IMG/VR virus record: IMGVR_UViG_3300030620_000020
Span: 1 to 24,880 of that record
Strand: one strand, 5' to 3'
Source of the DNA: a virus
Taxonomy: Duplodnaviria > Caudoviricetes
DNA: 24,880 nucleotides
Notes under the pieces: model-generated
What the model saw: only the letters and a program-made list of their open reading frames with translations
Told to the model about the DNA's origin: nothing
The model's database searches: none
Program-made: the position numbers and the translations under genes
Shown: positions 23,950 to 24,880 of the stretch, piece by piece
Layout of the letters: each line of letters starts with the position of its first letter
Numbering within the stretch: position 1 is the stretch's first letter

Positions 23950-24007
23950 GACGATGGCCCCTCCTTGGGCCGGGGCCGGGAGCCCGCGCTCCCGGCCGGT
24001 TCAAGGA
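23950..24007 (-). promoter_or_regulatory. Intergenic double hairpin: 10-bp GC stem followed by an SD-in-loop hairpin
   Basis: Minus strand GGCCGGGAGC-GCGG-GCTCCCGGCC (23997-23974), then GGCCC-AAGGAG-GGGCC-ATCGTC-ATG; no U-tract. Confidence 0.65.
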
Positions 24008-24445
24008 TTAGCTGATCGTGTAGTTCTTCGCGTACGTCTCCGCGACTTGCGCGAACATCGACTGCGGCATGAGGAACACATCGACGGTGAAATCGACCGT
24101 GCCGGTGATGTCGAAACGGCCGCCCCAATACCGCCGCGCCGGTGCGTGTCCTGGCGAGATTGGCACGAAGTACGCCTTGCCGGCCGCAATGTCGGCGGTC
24201 GCCAAATCGACTTCGCCGACAATTTCCGGCGAGGACAAATTCGCGTTCGGCGACTGGATCGCCAGCAGTTTCGCGCTGCCGGTGGTGGTCCCGATCGCGC
24301 TGATGAACACGCCGATCCCGACCGGTTCCCCGGTCCCGAGACGGCGCTTCGGGGTCACATCCCCCGCGTCGAATGTGTTTTCGGTGTCCGCGTCGGCGGT
24401 CACTTGCTGATCCTCCGCCAGTTGCAAGTTTGCATCAAGATACAT
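24008..24445 (-). CDS. Bbp16-like capsid cement protein, 145 aa
   Basis: MYLDANLQLAEDQQVTA.A.TENTFD.G.....G.GEP...AG.....P.....RYW; RBS AAGGAGG; immediately after the capsid gene. Confidence 0.85.
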   Translation of the reverse strand: MYLDANLQLAEDQQVTADADTENTFDAGDVTPKRRLGTGEPVGIGVFISAIGTTTGSAKLLAIQSPNANLSSPEIVGEVDLATADIAAGKAYFVPISPGHAPARRYWGGRFDITGTVDFTVDVFLMPQSMFAQVAETYAKNYTIS

Positions 24446-24456
24446 TGGGTGCCTCC

Positions 24457-24880
24457 TTAGCTGACCGCTGCTTCGGTTTCGAGCAGCGCGTCGCAGTTGC
24501 GGATCGGAATCCCGCGGAACGACATGACTTGTTTACCGTCGATGGTGTCGTAGGTGAGTCCCCCGCCCTGGACCACGTTATCGTGGCGTTGGATATCGAG
24601 GAACTCGATCACGGTCGGATTCGCGTAGATCCGGCAGTTCCGCTTGTTGCGGATGCGGTGATACGCCTTGATGAGCAGTTTGGTGAGATTCGCGGCGCCC
24701 GATTCCCCGGTGAGGTTGGAAATATCGATATTCGCGATACGTACCACTTTGCGCCAATCCTTCAGCGCAATGCCGGCTTCCCAGCGCCACCGGTCGACCA
24801 AGGCCACCATCAACGCGCCGGTCACGCCGTTGGCGTTCTGGATGATGACTTCGCCTTTGTCTTCGTGGGTGATGCCGACC
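24457..24880 (-). CDS. Major capsid protein (Bbp17-like), C-terminal part; 5' end lies outside the window
   Basis: Frame open to the window edge: GITHEDKGE...W.W.AGI.LKDWRKVVRIANID...FRGIPIR.CDALLETEA.V. Confidence 0.93.
   Translation of the reverse strand, partial: VGITHEDKGEVIIQNANGVTGALMVALVDRWRWEAGIALKDWRKVVRIANIDISNLTGESGAANLTKLLIKAYHRIRNKRNCRIYANPTVIEFLDIQRHDNVVQGGGLTYDTIDGKQVMSFRGIPIRNCDALLETEAAVS

Larger units (their letters stand above)
1..24880. mobile_element. Segment of a BPP-1-like podophage genome or prophage (structural operon plus convergent accessory cluster)
   Basis: Gene order on the minus strand is capsid, cement, decoration genes, tubular A, tubular B, three ejection proteins. 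The plus strand has tightly coupled small ORFs and an HNH gene. No housekeeping genes; ends not visible. Confidence 0.95.

Noticed and set aside
22919-24004. 361-aa minus-strand alternative-frame ORF
   Set aside because: Arg/Gly-rich frame shadow of the 313-aa gene, which has the RBS and motifs.
1-24880. CRISPR array or IS element
   Set aside because: No regularly spaced repeats, transposase motifs or terminal inverted repeats were seen.

Overview
The whole window is GC-rich tailed-phage DNA with the gene set of a BPP-1-like podophage. No host genes, integrase or att site are visible, so prophage versus free phage cannot be decided. Minus strand, right to left: the 3' end of the major capsid protein, a Bbp16-like cement protein, about 10 decoration/appendage genes, the tail adaptor (tubular A), the nozzle (tubular B) and three ejection proteins. 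The last is a 2273-aa polyvalent protein with LPD22-like, ART-like and HExxH modules. Plus strand (1-3723): a convergent cluster of small, mostly Zn-finger genes ending in an HNH endonuclease, interrupted by a ~350-nt structured non-coding block. Best observations: (1) a Gly-type tRNA with an intact body but an aberrant 8-nt anticodon loop, flanked by four hairpins; (2) a stand-alone 68-aa HisKA/DHp-like protein with a kinase-dead, phosphatase-type H-box; (3) a tail adaptor that is a tandem fusion of two adaptor domains with different inserts at the same site, one resembling a nozzle domain; (4) a repeated RBS hairpin with the Shine-Dalgarno in its loop. All family calls are by-eye motif recognition, not database searches.
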